A stretch of 64,000 nucleotides of DNA, taken from the NCBI GenBank assembly GCA_039028935.1, contig JBCCHD010000011.1:24378-88377 (forward strand). Reading direction: 5' to 3'. The DNA comes from Pseudomonadota bacterium. Its GTDB lineage: Bacteria; Pseudomonadota; Gammaproteobacteria; Steroidobacterales; SZUA-146. The notes under the pieces are model-generated. The model was not told where the DNA came from. It searched no databases and worked only from the letters and a program-made list of their open reading frames with translations. Below, piece by piece: positions 26,923-37,589 of the stretch. Position 1 is the first letter of the stretch; each line of letters starts with the position of its first letter. A program made the position numbers and the translations under genes.

Positions 26923-27975
26923 TTAGTCTTCGCTGTGCAGTTTTTCCTCGCGTTTGACAATGACTTGCTCCCAGCGCAATGCCTGGGCCACCTGCCTGTC
27001 GATGCGCTCCTGCAGCTCTTGAATAACCGCCTCTTTGGAGGCATTTTTTTTCATGGCCTCAAGCTCGCGAATATGTTCCACGATTTTGGCGTGTCGGTCT
27101 TTGACTTCTTTGAGTGATTCGGCTTTGGCTGCCTTATCAAACACCACCGAGTCGGATGCGCGCTCTTCGAGCTCGACTTGTTGACCAAACACTTTGGCTG
27201 GCATAAACGTACGTTCGGTGCGGTACTGGCGCTGATTCATAAACGTCGGCGAGACGATCTCGATGCCCGCTTCGTGTAGCTGATCCATGACTTTAGCGCG
27301 CAGCCTGGAGCGGGTGGACAGTAGAATGTTGAGGTCCCTGAGCACGCCGCTAATGCGATAAACCACGGAGAAATCGCCGAGCTCTTTGATGTGCACAAAC
27401 GGTTTTTCCAGGCCCGCCGCCTCGGCGGCGATAATGAGGTTTTTCTCAATCGTTTTTCGATCAACATCGTAACCCAGCGACAGTGTGGCGCTCACGAGCG
27501 TACCCGACGTTCGCAACACCCGCATGGGATTGGTCACCGTATACAGGTTTGGTAACGTGACCAAATCTCGGTCTTCGGTTTGTACTTCGACATGCAGCAA
27601 GTCCATTTCCGAAATACGGCCGAAGTATTCGCCGATATGCACATAGTCTCCAGGTGAGCAGCATTTGATTGAGCGCAACATGGCGCCGGCCATCACGTTA
27701 CCCACAAAAGTTGTCGAGGACAGCGCGATCACGGCACTCAGCAAAATACCGGTGAGACTCAGAAGTTGCCCGCGTAGCGTGTCGTTAAAGGGCAGAACGA
27801 TTAGCAACACAATGATCGTGGCGAGCGCAATGCCAAGATTCATAAGCTGAACGCGATAGTTGCGTCCGGCCGGTTCGACCAATCGGCCGGTGAGCATTTT
27901 GTGCACGAAGTACGCGCCCGCCAGCACAATGCCGCCGTACACCACGGTCTTAAGGCCAATGAACACTGCGTCCAC
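26923..27975 (-). CDS. MscS-family mechanosensitive channel with coiled-coil C-terminal extension
   Basis: 350 aa. Three N-terminal TM helices, an MscS beta-domain pattern (GDYVHIGEYFGRISEMDLLHVEVQTEDRDLVTLPNLYTVTNPM) and a K/E-rich helical tail. Confidence 0.75.
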   Translation of the reverse strand: MDAVFIGLKTVVYGGIVLAGAYFVHKMLTGRLVEPAGRNYRVQLMNLGIALATIIVLLIVLPFNDTLRGQLLSLTGILLSAVIALSSTTFVGNVMAGAMLRSIKCCSPGDYVHIGEYFGRISEMDLLHVEVQTEDRDLVTLPNLYTVTNPMRVLRTSGTLVSATLSLGYDVDRKTIEKNLIIAAEAAGLEKPFVHIKELGDFSVVYRISGVLRDLNILLSTRSRLRAKVMDQLHEAGIEIVSPTFMNQRQYRTERTFMPAKVFGQQVELEERASDSVVFDKAAKAESLKEVKDRHAKIVEHIRELEAMKKNASKEAVIQELQERIDRQVAQALRWEQVIVKREEKLHSED

Positions 27976-28002
27976 GTGGAATCCTCCGATGGGTTCTAGC
28001 GT

Positions 28003-29094
28003 CTAAACGTTAAAACGAAAATGCATGACATCGCCTTCTTGGACAATGTACTCCTTGCCTTCGAGACGCATCTTGCCCGCCTCCTTCGCGCCTTTTTCGC
28101 CCTGCCCGGCGATGTAATCATCATACGCAATCACTTCGGCCCGAATAAAGCCCTTCTCAAAATCGGTATGAATTTCGCCAGCGGCCTGCGGTGCAGTCGC
28201 ACCGACCCGCGTCGTCCAGGCCCTGACTTCCTTCGGCCCCGCAGTGAAATAAGTTTGCAGGCCAAGCAGCGTGTAGGCCGCGCGAATGACGCGATCGAGC
28301 CCGGGCTCAGACAGACCCAGATCCTCGAGAAAGGCCGCTTTATCGTCATCATCAAGCTGCGATATTTCGGCTTCAATGGAGGCGCAAATCGCGACGACCT
28401 CCGCCCCTTCGCGCTCGGCGTATTGCTGCACGGCCTCCAGATGCGGATTATCATCAAACCCGTCTTCCGACACATTAGCGACATACATCGTACGCTTGGC
28501 GGTTAATAGATGGTACGGATAGAGCACCGCGCGTTCGTTGTCGTCAAGCGCCAGCGCTCGCATTGGCTTGGCTTCATCAAGGTGCGCCTTGGCTTTTTCC
28601 AGCACCTGTTTGATGTACAAGTCTTCCTTTTTGTTGGTCTTGGCATTGCGCGTCGCTTTAATCAATGCCTTGTCCACGCTCTCAAGATCGGCGAGCGCCA
28701 GCTCGGTATTGATGGTCTCAATATCACTGATTGGATCGATGCGCCCAGCAACATGCGTCACATCGTCGTTTTCGAAACAGCGGACCACGTGCGCAATCGC
28801 GTCTGTTTCTCGGATATTGGCCAAGAATTTGTTACCCAGTCCTTCTCCTTTGGCCGCACCCTCAACCAGGCCCGCGATGTCGACAAATTCGACGGTCGTC
28901 GGCAAGATTTTCTCGGGCTGCACAATATCGGCGAGCGCCTGCAGTCGAGGATCAGGCACCAATACGATGCCGGTATTGGGCTCAATCGTGCAAAAAGGAT
29001 AATTTTCGGCGGCAATTTCGCCGGCGGTGAGTGAGTTAAACAGCGTCGATTTACCCACGTTGGGCAGTCCGACGATTCCGCATTGAATAGGCAT
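28003..29094 (-). CDS. ychF: redox-regulated ATPase YchF
   Basis: 363 aa. [23 protein letters not shown], and a C-terminal TGS-like end ([19 protein letters not shown]). Confidence 0.95.
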   Translation of the reverse strand: MPIQCGIVGLPNVGKSTLFNSLTAGEIAAENYPFCTIEPNTGIVLVPDPRLQALADIVQPEKILPTTVEFVDIAGLVEGAAKGEGLGNKFLANIRETDAIAHVVRCFENDDVTHVAGRIDPISDIETINTELALADLESVDKALIKATRNAKTNKKEDLYIKQVLEKAKAHLDEAKPMRALALDDNERAVLYPYHLLTAKRTMYVANVSEDGFDDNPHLEAVQQYAEREGAEVVAICASIEAEISQLDDDDKAAFLEDLGLSEPGLDRVIRAAYTLLGLQTYFTAGPKEVRAWTTRVGATAPQAAGEIHTDFEKGFIRAEVIAYDDYIAGQGEKGAKEAGKMRLEGKEYIVQEGDVMHFRFNV

Positions 29095-29118
29095 GGTGAA
29101 CAGTTCTCCAGGCGACGG

Positions 29119-29895
29119 TTAAGACTTTCGTTTAAACAGCGCCAATAGCTGGTCTTTAAGACTCTCGGATTCGTTGGACAAATCTTCTCCGTCGCGCCGC
29201 GAGGGTTTGACCGTTTTGGTCGATTTGGGTTTGCGCTTCGGCGTTGGCGCGGGTGTCTCCCCTTTATCGCGCGCCTTGCGTTTACGCGGAATGTCATCGT
29301 TTACTGTGGCACTCGCGCGATTACTGTGTAGAACATGAGTGGCTTTTTGCACACCGTCGGTGACCAACAGCGGCACCACATCCAACCCACGCTCAATGGT
29401 TTGGTCGACAAGCTCGGCCTCTTTGCGGCCGGGCACACCCAACACATAATTGACCACTAACGATTTGTCACCCGGATGTCCGACGCCGAGACGCAAGCGC
29501 ATAAACCCTGCACTCTCATGTGAAATAATATCGCGAATGCCGTTGTGTCCGCCGTGACCGCCACCCAACTTGAGTTTGACTTTGCCAGGCGGCAGGTCAA
29601 TTTCATCGTAGGCCACAAGCACGTTGTCGATCGGAATTTTGTAGTACTGCATCAAGGCTCGCACGGCCCGTCCGCTCTCATTCATATAGGTATCGGGGCG
29701 CAGCACCCACACATCCGTCCCATCAATACTCAGACGACACACCTGACCATGAAACTTATCCTGCTGCACGAAGCGACCACCATGCCGACGCACCAGTTCG
29801 TCCACAAACCAAAAGCCGGCGTTGTGACGCGTGGCTTCATATTTTGCGCCTGGATTACCGAGACCGACTATTAGCTGTAGAGACGAATCACTCAT
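29119..29895 (-). CDS. pth: peptidyl-tRNA hydrolase with ~67-aa basic C-terminal extension
   Basis: GLGNPGAKYEATRHNAGF and GGHGGHNGIRDI are the core. The ORF continues for 258 aa, versus ~190-195 for a typical Pth. Confidence 0.9.
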   Translation of the reverse strand: MSDSSLQLIVGLGNPGAKYEATRHNAGFWFVDELVRRHGGRFVQQDKFHGQVCRLSIDGTDVWVLRPDTYMNESGRAVRALMQYYKIPIDNVLVAYDEIDLPPGKVKLKLGGGHGGHNGIRDIISHESAGFMRLRLGVGHPGDKSLVVNYVLGVPGRKEAELVDQTIERGLDVVPLLVTDGVQKATHVLHSNRASATVNDDIPRKRKARDKGETPAPTPKRKPKSTKTVKPSRRDGEDLSNESESLKDQLLALFKRKS

Positions 29896-30016
29896 GGATA
29901 CTGGCGTAAAGGGTGTTATCGAGATTGTATCGGCACATCAAACAAAGTGCTCAGTATGACGAAAAAAGCCGCTGCGCAGGCGCAGCGGCTTCTTGTTCGC
30001 CACTGTGCGATGCGGT

Positions 30017-30685
30017 TTATTCCGACGACGTGTCTTCGTCGGCGTCACCGTCCGCGGCGGCGGCATCGCCACCTTCTTCGGTCGGTGCCGGTTCCGTCAC
30101 CTTCTTAGGCACTGTCACAGAAATAATCGGCTGATCGTATTCTGGCCCTTGCGCAAGTTCTGGGATCTCAACACCTTTGGGCAGGACGATGTCAGACAAA
30201 TGCATCATTTCGTCAATGTCGAGCTTCTCGCAATTGACTTCGATGTACTCGGGCAAATCGCCTGGCAGACATGAGATCTCAACCTCGTTCTTAAGGTGAG
30301 ACGCCACGCCGCCTTTGAGCTTGATGCCCGGCGCAACGTCTTCGTTGACAAAGTGCAGCGGCACAGACATACGGATTTGGACGTCATCCATCACGCGCTG
30401 AAAATCCACGTGCAAGATGCGCTGCTTGGCCGGATGCACCTGCACATCTTTTACAATCGCGCTTTGCTTAATATCGCCAACTTGAATGGTCAGAACCTGT
30501 GAAAAAAACGCTTCGTAACGCGCGTTATTCATGAGCTCGTTTTCGAGCAGGCTGATTGAACGCGGTTTGCGCTCACCACCATATAACACAGCAGGAACTT
30601 TGCCTTGACGACGAAGGCGGCGGCTCGCACCCTTCCCCTCGTCCTCACGCAGTTCTGCTTCCAACTTAAATGTTGCAGTAGACAT
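30017..30685 (-). CDS. rplY: 50S ribosomal protein L25 / general stress protein Ctc
   Basis: 222 aa. N-terminal RRLRRQGKVPAVLYGG and an acidic C-terminal tail. Lies between prs and pth as in Pseudomonas. Confidence 0.9.
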   Translation of the reverse strand: MSTATFKLEAELREDEGKGASRRLRRQGKVPAVLYGGERKPRSISLLENELMNNARYEAFFSQVLTIQVGDIKQSAIVKDVQVHPAKQRILHVDFQRVMDDVQIRMSVPLHFVNEDVAPGIKLKGGVASHLKNEVEISCLPGDLPEYIEVNCEKLDIDEMMHLSDIVLPKGVEIPELAQGPEYDQPIISVTVPKKVTEPAPTEEGGDAAAADGDADEDTSSE

Positions 30686-30760
30686 GCTTTTCTCCTCGTT
30701 TATACAACACAGCGCATCCGCGACCAGATGCGCTGCTTACCTAAATCTGTTTTGCCTGGC

Positions 30761-31699
30761 TTAGTCCAGGTACAGCGAACTCACTGACTCGTCGTTGACG
30801 ATGCGACGCATCGTTTCGGCGAGGAGCTCGGCAGTGCTGAGCTGACGAATGCGGTCGCAGGCGGCTGCGGCCGAATCGAGCGGGATCGTATCGGTCACCA
30901 CCAGCTCGTCAATTGACGACTCCTGGATGCGACCAACGGCCGGGCCCGACAGCACCGGATGGGTGATGTACGCCACCACCTTTTTTGCTCCCTCTTCCTT
31001 GAGCGCGGCCGCAGCCTGACACAACGTGCCGGCCGTGTCGACCAAATCGTCGATCAGAATGCAGACTTTGCCCGACACCTCACCGATTATGTTCATTACT
31101 TTCGATTCGTTGGCGCGGGGACGACGTTTGTCGATAATGGCCAAGTCGGCATCATCCAAACGCTTAGCCAGCGCTCTTGCGCGTACAACACCACCCACAT
31201 CCGGGGACACCACCACGGTGTTTTCGTACTTTTGCTTCCAGGCATCGCCGAGCAGTACTGGCGAGGCGTAGACATTGTCGACCGGAATGGAGAAAAAGCC
31301 CTGGATCTGATCGGCATGCAAATCGAGCGTCAAAACCCGATCGATTCCGGCCGTCACGATCATATCGGCAATGAGTTTTGAGGTGATCGGCACGCGACTG
31401 GCTCGTGGTCGTCGATCCTGCCGCGCGTAGCCAAAATAGGGGATCACGGCGGTAATGCTGCGAGCGGAGGCGCGTCGACAGGCGTCTGCCATAATGAGCA
31501 GTTCCATCAAATTGTCGTTCGTCGGCGGGCAGGTGCTTTGCACCAAAAACACATCGCGACCACGCACATTTTCCATAATCTCGACGTTGATTTCGCCGTC
31601 GGAGAATCGGCTCACGTTCGCGCGACCCAACGGTAACATGAGACAGCGCGCTATATTTTGCGCCAGAGGCGGATTCGCGTTGCCCGCGAACACCACCAT
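30761..31699 (-). CDS. prs: ribose-phosphate pyrophosphokinase
   Basis: [17 protein letters not shown]..., [11 protein letters not shown], and the PRPP-binding loop [12 protein letters not shown]. The ATG at 31699 matches the E. coli Prs N-terminus; the track GTG at 31720 adds 7 aa. Confidence 0.95.
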   Translation of the reverse strand: MVVFAGNANPPLAQNIARCLMLPLGRANVSRFSDGEINVEIMENVRGRDVFLVQSTCPPTNDNLMELLIMADACRRASARSITAVIPYFGYARQDRRPRASRVPITSKLIADMIVTAGIDRVLTLDLHADQIQGFFSIPVDNVYASPVLLGDAWKQKYENTVVVSPDVGGVVRARALAKRLDDADLAIIDKRRPRANESKVMNIIGEVSGKVCILIDDLVDTAGTLCQAAAALKEEGAKKVVAYITHPVLSGPAVGRIQESSIDELVVTDTIPLDSAAAACDRIRQLSTAELLAETMRRIVNDESVSSLYLD

Positions 31700-31744
31700 C
31701 GACCCTCGCCCTATGTCCACCGTTCGACCTCTTAGCGTGAAGAA

Positions 31745-31819
31745 TGGCTGGGGTGGCAGGATTCGAACCTGCGCATCACGGGATCAAAACCCGTTGCCTT
31801 ACCGCTTGGCTACACCCCA
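31745..31819 (-). tRNA. tRNA-Gln (TTG)
   Basis: The reverse complement TGGGGTGTAGCCAAGCGGTAAGGCAACGGGTTTTGATCCCGTGATGCGCAGGTTCGAATCCTGCCACCCCAGCCA has a U1-A72 pair and anticodon loop TTTTGAT. It is close to E. coli tRNA-Gln. Confidence 0.9.
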
Positions 31820-32035
31820 ATCTCAAGAAAGTTGCGGAAAAACCGACGCCTGGCAATCCGCGAGGGCGGTATTTTGCGGTGCAAAGCCGGGTGTGTCAAT
31901 GCGCAACCCGACTGCTGGTGCCGATACCGTTGGGCGATCGGTGGGGGCTTGGGAAGTCGCTGAGTCAGGCACCGAGCTGGGCCAGCGTTTTGCTCGTTTG
32001 CCTCCCCCACACATGCTCAGTAGCCCGGCTTTTGC

Positions 32036-32761
32036 CTACAACGCCCAGTCGCGAAATACCATCAGAATGCGCACATCGGCCGAATGCAGACGGACCTTTC
32101 GTGGCATATCGACGCGCGATCTTGGCCTGTTCGAAACACTCGCCTCAACGTAGACCGGTTGGTACTGCTCAAACTCGACCCGCCAGCCGGCTTGCGTCAG
32201 TGTTTGGAGCAGCCGCCCCGCTTCCGCGCGAACTGGATCCGCCGGCACGCCTGGCTGCGGCAAACCCAGCGCCCAGTATCGAATCGCGTCGATCGGCACC
32301 GGATAGCCCAATAGATTGTTGAGCTCACGCTCGACGTTGTCGAGCACAATGTCGCCGTGTCGAGCACTGATCAACCGACCTCGGCCATTCGCTGTCTCGA
32401 TGCGCACAGCACCCACACCGAACGGACCGGACAACTGCAAACGCTGCGTCTTGCCATCAACCACCAGTGAGAAGCTGGCCGACTGGCGTTCCGTTTGGGT
32501 CGTGAAGCTCAGGCGGCCCGACGCCTCGTAGGCCGCTAACGAATCGAGCAGGCGTGCCCGCTGCGCATAACTCAGCGGCGTATCGGGATCAGCAGGGAGG
32601 GACTGACAGCCCCCGGCGCCCAGTAGCAGAACAACGCCTACCGTTAGCCAGCCATACCATCGGCGCCGCGAGACCCAGGTCGGTCCGGGCCTGCGCGTGA
32701 TGGGTTGAATGAAGCGCGGATCGCAACGACCGATCGCCGCGTGCTGAGTGACGTTGGTCAA
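32036..32761 (-). CDS. lolB: outer-membrane lipoprotein receptor LolB
   Basis: Lipobox LLLGAGG|C. LolB-like body (ASGRLSFTTQTERQSASFSLVVDGKTQRLQLSGPFGVGAVRIE ... GWRVEFEQY). Sits between the TPR gene and the prs region. The ~40-aa N-terminal leader is unusually long and the start is uncertain. Confidence 0.75.
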   Translation of the reverse strand: MTNVTQHAAIGRCDPRFIQPITRRPGPTWVSRRRWYGWLTVGVVLLLGAGGCQSLPADPDTPLSYAQRARLLDSLAAYEASGRLSFTTQTERQSASFSLVVDGKTQRLQLSGPFGVGAVRIETANGRGRLISARHGDIVLDNVERELNNLLGYPVPIDAIRYWALGLPQPGVPADPVRAEAGRLLQTLTQAGWRVEFEQYQPVYVEASVSNRPRSRVDMPRKVRLHSADVRILMVFRDWAL

Positions 32762-34482
32762 AGACCCAGACGCTGCTTCACCTCATCGATGAGCTCGTTG
32801 TCTTCGAACTCCGACTCGGCCAGCTCGAGCATTTCCTGCATACGCTCGGTCTCCCCTTTGACGTACAGCACCTCGATAAGATGAGCCGCGACTTCGGGGT
32901 CGGGCAGCAGTTCATAGGCTTTGGTCAGCAGCTCATCGGCGCGATCGAGGTTGCCGCGCTTGTATTCAACCCAACCCAGACTGTCCGTGATCGGTCCACT
33001 CATCGGCGCTTTGTTGTACGCCATCTCAATCAGCTCATACGCCTCGTCAATCTGATCGGTCCGGTCCGCGAGCGTGTAGCCGAGCGCGTTGAGCGCGGTC
33101 GGGTCGGTTGGATCGCGAGCGAGAATGAGACGCATTTGATGAATGGCTTCATCGACACGATCGAGCTGTTCGAGCAAAAAGGCACGCGCGTATTGCGTGC
33201 GCAGTTCTTCAGGGTTTTGGTCGAGCATATTGTCGTACAGCATCATCGCTTCATCGCCGCGATCACCGCGTGCCAGCAGTTCTCCCTGCCCCAGCGCCAT
33301 GTCGAGCGTGTAGCGCGGATTCTGCGTGGCGAAGCGCTCTAAGTGTTGAAGCGCTTCGTCAAGCTTGTCTTCGCGAAATAAGATGTAGGCTGCGCGCAAC
33401 TGTGCGGTGACGACATTGTCGCCGCCGCGCACCTCACTATAGAGTCGATAGGCGCGCTGATTGTTTTCGTTGGTCTCCGCGATGCCACCCAAAAAGTACA
33501 GGGCGTCAAACGTCGCCTGACCACTTTGCAAAAGCAATGTAAACAGGCGGTCTGCTTCGTCTAGGTCACCCGATTTCATCGCGAGAATGCCCAGTGCTCG
33601 GGCCGCCTGGCCATTGGTCGGGTCGTCGTTAAGCACCTGTGTCAACACCACGCCCGCTTCCAGATCGCGATCCACGGCGGCTAACAACATGCCGTATTCG
33701 AGGCGCTCTCCTGGCGAGTTGTTGCCACCGATGTGCTCGCCCGCGTAGTCGATGCCTTCATCGACTTGGCCGCTGGCCATAAGTGACCGCGCATACAACA
33801 AATGCGCCGGACCCCAGTCTTGATCTAACTCAGCCGCGCGGCTGGCGCTGCGTTGCGCCTGATCGTACTCACCGCTGCGCAAAGCCTGAAGCCCGACAGT
33901 GTAGTGCGCCTGCGGCACGCGCTTGTGCTTGGCGGCAATTTTCTTGTAGGCCGCCAATGCCAGGTCTTCATTCTCCTCTTCGGCCAACACGCCAGACAAC
34001 GCCAGCAGCGAATCCCCAATTTCCGACTCGGAGGCCTTGATCAGCGCGTGGAGATTGGACACGACCGCCTTGGTGTCACCCTTGCGAGTATAGAGTCGAG
34101 CCAGATAGGTGTGCACCTGAGCGTACTTTCGCTCTTTGCCCGCGAGCGATTGCCAGCGCAGCGCGCTAGCCAGCGCCTCTTCGTCGCGGCCTAACTCAAA
34201 GGCCACTTCGGTTGAACGCTTCGCCACTTCCGGATCATCACTCAACTGGGCCGCCTTCAAATAGTGCTCAGACGCGATGTCGTAGAGTTGTTTTTGCCGG
34301 GCTGTCTCAGCCAACAACAAGTGATACTCGATCGATCCGGGTGTGGCGTCGATGTCGCCGACTTCGCCCACATCGCGACTGGTTGTCGTCGCCGACTCGT
34401 CAGACGGGCCCGACGCGCAGCCGCTTAGAGCGAGAAAGGCCGCAAGCCACAGGCCTCGCAAGAGTTGTTGATTCATATACAT
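32758..34482 (-). CDS. TPR-repeat lipoprotein
   Basis: 574 aa with lipobox LALSG|C and many 34-aa TPR-like units (A..Y..A......A...l). Occupies the position equivalent to the TPR gene next to lolB/hemA in Pseudomonas. Confidence 0.8.
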   Translation of the reverse strand: MYMNQQLLRGLWLAAFLALSGCASGPSDESATTTSRDVGEVGDIDATPGSIEYHLLLAETARQKQLYDIASEHYLKAAQLSDDPEVAKRSTEVAFELGRDEEALASALRWQSLAGKERKYAQVHTYLARLYTRKGDTKAVVSNLHALIKASESEIGDSLLALSGVLAEEENEDLALAAYKKIAAKHKRVPQAHYTVGLQALRSGEYDQAQRSASRAAELDQDWGPAHLLYARSLMASGQVDEGIDYAGEHIGGNNSPGERLEYGMLLAAVDRDLEAGVVLTQVLNDDPTNGQAARALGILAMKSGDLDEADRLFTLLLQSGQATFDALYFLGGIAETNENNQRAYRLYSEVRGGDNVVTAQLRAAYILFREDKLDEALQHLERFATQNPRYTLDMALGQGELLARGDRGDEAMMLYDNMLDQNPEELRTQYARAFLLEQLDRVDEAIHQMRLILARDPTDPTALNALGYTLADRTDQIDEAYELIEMAYNKAPMSGPITDSLGWVEYKRGNLDRADELLTKAYELLPDPEVAAHLIEVLYVKGETERMQEMLELAESEFEDNELIDEVKQRLGL

Positions 34483-34660
34483 TCCATCCAGCGGCCTCGC
34501 CGCCTGTCTCGTCCACTATAGCAAACACCCGGGGGTCTCGCCCGCGGCATCCGGTTCATGCCTGCCCTCGGCAGGTCGCCTGATGAAAAGGCCAGCACTT
34601 GTTATTGCTGAGTCCATGCCGGACAATTCCATCGTCTTCACAGCGCACCCACCAGGATTC

Positions 34661-35920
34661 ATGGGTCTATTCGTCTTCGGCATCAATCATCACACCGCCC
34701 CGGTCGCGCTGCGTGAGCAAGTGGCGTTTGACGCCAATACGCTGTCGACGCGCCTCAATAGCCTATGCACCTTGCCCGATGTCGATGAAGCGTTGATCTT
34801 ATCGACCTGCAACCGCACTGAAATCTACTGCGAGGGCGGCCCGGACACCGAGCGCTCGGTTCTTGGTTGGATGCGCGAAAACGCCAATCGTTCCGACGAG
34901 CTGCTGGATTGCCTCTATGTTAAAGAGCAGGACGAGGTGGTGGAGCATGTTTGCCGCGTGGCGGTGGGCCTCGATTCGCTGATTTTGGGCGAGCCTCAGA
35001 TTCTCGGCCAGCTCAAAACCGCCTTTCGCGACGCCAATAGCATCGGCACGGTGGGTCCGTCGCTGCACCGCCTACTCCCGCACGCCTTTGCGGTAGCCAA
35101 GCGTATTCGCACGCAAACGGCGATCGGCGTCGCCTCTACCTCCGCCGCCAGCGCTTCTATTCAGTTGGCGCAACAGGTATTTGGACAGTTCTCGGATAAA
35201 CACGCGCTGATGATCGGAGCCGGTGAGATGATCGAGATCGCCGCCAATCATTTGGCGGCCCATGATGTCGGCGCGATATCGATCGCCAATCGCAGCGAAG
35301 AGCGGGCGCGGGCGCTCGCCAAACGGTTGGGTGGTCGGGCGTATGGCCTCGACACGCTCGATACCTTGCTGCCGAAGGCCGATTTGATTTTTTCGAGCAC
35401 CGCCAGCCCCGATCCGGTGGTCAGCGCCGATGCCATCAGACGCGCGCTCGACGCTCGACGCTCGAAACCAATGTTTATCGTCGACCTGGCCGTACCGCGC
35501 GATATCGATCCGGACTGCGTGCGGTTTCAGGATGTCTTTTTGTACACCATCGACGATCTGCATCAGGCAGTCGACGAAAACCTCGACGCGCGCCGCGCCG
35601 CGGCAGCGGACGCAGAGCGCATTATTGCCGAACACATCGAACAGTATGCGCGCCATACCGAGGGTTTAACGGCCGCGCCTATCATCAGCGCGATGCACGC
35701 GCGCAGTAATGATGTGAAGCGCGAACTGGTCGAGCTTGCCACCAAACAACTCGTGGCTGGCAAGTCACCCGAAGAAACGTTGCAGTGGCTAGCCGATCGA
35801 TTGGCCAGTCGCTTACTGCATCGTCCGAGTGTCGTGATGCGCGAGGCGGCCGAAGCCGCCGACGAGCAGACGTTGGATGCCGCACAGCGTCTGTTCAATC
35901 AGCCCAAAGAACGCGAATAA
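34661..35920 (+). CDS. hemA: glutamyl-tRNA reductase
   Basis: MGLFVFGINHHTAPVALREQVAF, catalytic STCNRTEIY, and the NAD-binding GAGEMIE. The ATG at 34661 is preferred to the track start at 34583. Confidence 0.95.
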   Translation: MGLFVFGINHHTAPVALREQVAFDANTLSTRLNSLCTLPDVDEALILSTCNRTEIYCEGGPDTERSVLGWMRENANRSDELLDCLYVKEQDEVVEHVCRVAVGLDSLILGEPQILGQLKTAFRDANSIGTVGPSLHRLLPHAFAVAKRIRTQTAIGVASTSAASASIQLAQQVFGQFSDKHALMIGAGEMIEIAANHLAAHDVGAISIANRSEERARALAKRLGGRAYGLDTLDTLLPKADLIFSSTASPDPVVSADAIRRALDARRSKPMFIVDLAVPRDIDPDCVRFQDVFLYTIDDLHQAVDENLDARRAAAADAERIIAEHIEQYARHTEGLTAAPIISAMHARSNDVKRELVELATKQLVAGKSPEETLQWLADRLASRLLHRPSVVMREAAEAADEQTLDAAQRLFNQPKERE

Positions 35921-35959
35921 ACCGCAGCGACACAGATCGCAATCTGGCAAACTACTCGT

Positions 35960-37045
35960 ATGAAAGCGTCCATTCAGACCAAACTGTTTCAGCTGCAAGA
36001 GCGATTTGACGAGGTGCAGGCGCTGCTCGCGGATCCGGATGTCATTAATGATCAGAACCAGTTTCGGGATTTGTCCAAAGAGTACGCCAGGCTTGAGCCC
36101 GTCGCCCACGACGTGACGCGCTATCAGACGCTGCTCAACGATCAGGTTGCCGCCGAAGAACTCAGCCAAGATGGTGATGCCGACATGGCCGCCATGGGGA
36201 AGGAAGAGCTGCAGGCGATTAACGCCACGCTCGACACGCTGAGCGTCGAGCTACTGCAACACCTCATTCCAGTGGACCCCAACGATGACGCGAACATTTT
36301 CGTGGAAATTCGTGCGGGCACTGGCGGGGATGAAGCGGCGATTTTTGCAGGAGACCTGTTCCGCATGTATTCGCGCTATGCCGACCAGCAGCAATTTAGC
36401 GTTGAGGTGATCAGCCAATCCGAAGGCGAACACGGCGGCTTTAAAGAGATCATCGCCCGCTTGTTTGGCCAAGGAGTATACGCCCGCTTCAAATTCGAGT
36501 CGGGCACCCATCGGGTGCAACGCGTTCCAGAAACCGAATCACAAGGGCGTATTCACACGTCGGCCTGCACAGTCGCTGTGCTGCCGGAAGTGGAAGCGGT
36601 CGATGAAGTGGCGCTCAATCCGGCCGATATCCGCGTCGACACGTACCGCGCCTCGGGTGCGGGCGGACAGCACGTGAACAAAACCGATTCGGCTGTGCGT
36701 CTCACGCACCTTCCAAGCGGCATTGTTGTGGAGTGTCAGGACGAGCGGTCCCAACACAAAAACCGTGCTCGGGCGATGAGCCTACTCCAGGCACGACTGC
36801 TCGATAACGAACAACAAAAACGCGCGTCTGAACAGGCGCAGCAGCGCAAGCTTCAGGTCGGCAGTGGCGATCGATCCGAGCGTATTCGCACGTACAACTA
36901 TCCACAGGGACGCGTGACCGATCACCGCATTAACCTGACGCTGTACAAACTCGATGAAATTCTGGCCGGCGCACTCGATCATGTTGTGGAACCGTTGCGA
37001 CAAGAACATCAGGCCGAGGAACTCGCTGAGCTGTCGGCGCACTAA
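35960..37045 (+). CDS. prfA: peptide chain release factor 1
   Basis: 361 aa. GGQ motif [11 protein letters not shown] and the RF1 PxT region ([15 protein letters not shown]). Confidence 0.95.
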   Translation: MKASIQTKLFQLQERFDEVQALLADPDVINDQNQFRDLSKEYARLEPVAHDVTRYQTLLNDQVAAEELSQDGDADMAAMGKEELQAINATLDTLSVELLQHLIPVDPNDDANIFVEIRAGTGGDEAAIFAGDLFRMYSRYADQQQFSVEVISQSEGEHGGFKEIIARLFGQGVYARFKFESGTHRVQRVPETESQGRIHTSACTVAVLPEVEAVDEVALNPADIRVDTYRASGAGGQHVNKTDSAVRLTHLPSGIVVECQDERSQHKNRARAMSLLQARLLDNEQQKRASEQAQQRKLQVGSGDRSERIRTYNYPQGRVTDHRINLTLYKLDEILAGALDHVVEPLRQEHQAEELAELSAH

Positions 37046-37053
37046 CGCACCGT

Positions 37054-37563
37054 TTAGGTCAAATCAAAGTGCATGAGCGGCAGCAGGCGACCGCTCGGCG
37101 AACCGCGCTCTAACCCAACCTCTAACGCGCCCAGCGCGGTATAAAACGCTTTGGCATAGGGATCCGCCAGCAGGCGTAACGTCGTGACGCCGCATTCTCG
37201 ACCGTGCCTCAACGCGTGGTCGGTCAAGGCGCGTCCGATTCCCTGGCCCATCTGCGGGGGATCGACCCATAGGCCGCTGATCTCTAAATACGGACCAAAG
37301 GGTTCGAGCGAACACACGCCGATGACGTCACTGTGCGTCCCAATGGTGTCGGACTCCGGCGCGCGGCAGGCCACCGCCACCCAATGCGCGCGGATAACGT
37401 CGGCGGTGTACGTCAACTCAGGCGCCCAAGCGTCGAGTTGCGACGCTGGATAACCCCAGTGCGCTTTGGCAGCAAACGCAATCGCCGTTAGACGCGCGGC
37501 CTCGTCCGGTCGTGCCGACCGCAGTACAACATCGGCAGTCACCACAAACCGTTTAGCGAACAA
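37054..37563 (-). CDS. GNAT-family N-acetyltransferase
   Basis: 169 aa. Acetyl-CoA-binding pattern LWVDPPQMGQGIGRALTDHAL. Confidence 0.7.
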   Translation of the reverse strand: MFAKRFVVTADVVLRSARPDEAARLTAIAFAAKAHWGYPASQLDAWAPELTYTADVIRAHWVAVACRAPESDTIGTHSDVIGVCSLEPFGPYLEISGLWVDPPQMGQGIGRALTDHALRHGRECGVTTLRLLADPYAKAFYTALGALEVGLERGSPSGRLLPLMHFDLT

Positions 37564-37589
37564 TCATTGGCCGGGCCACAGGGTGCGCG

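Noticed and set aside
31455-32322. + strand ORFs of 232 and 192 aa running through tRNA-Gln and into lolB
   Set aside because: They read straight across a tRNA gene and the antisense of prs and lolB. Their Arg/Pro/Ala-rich composition marks them as artefacts.
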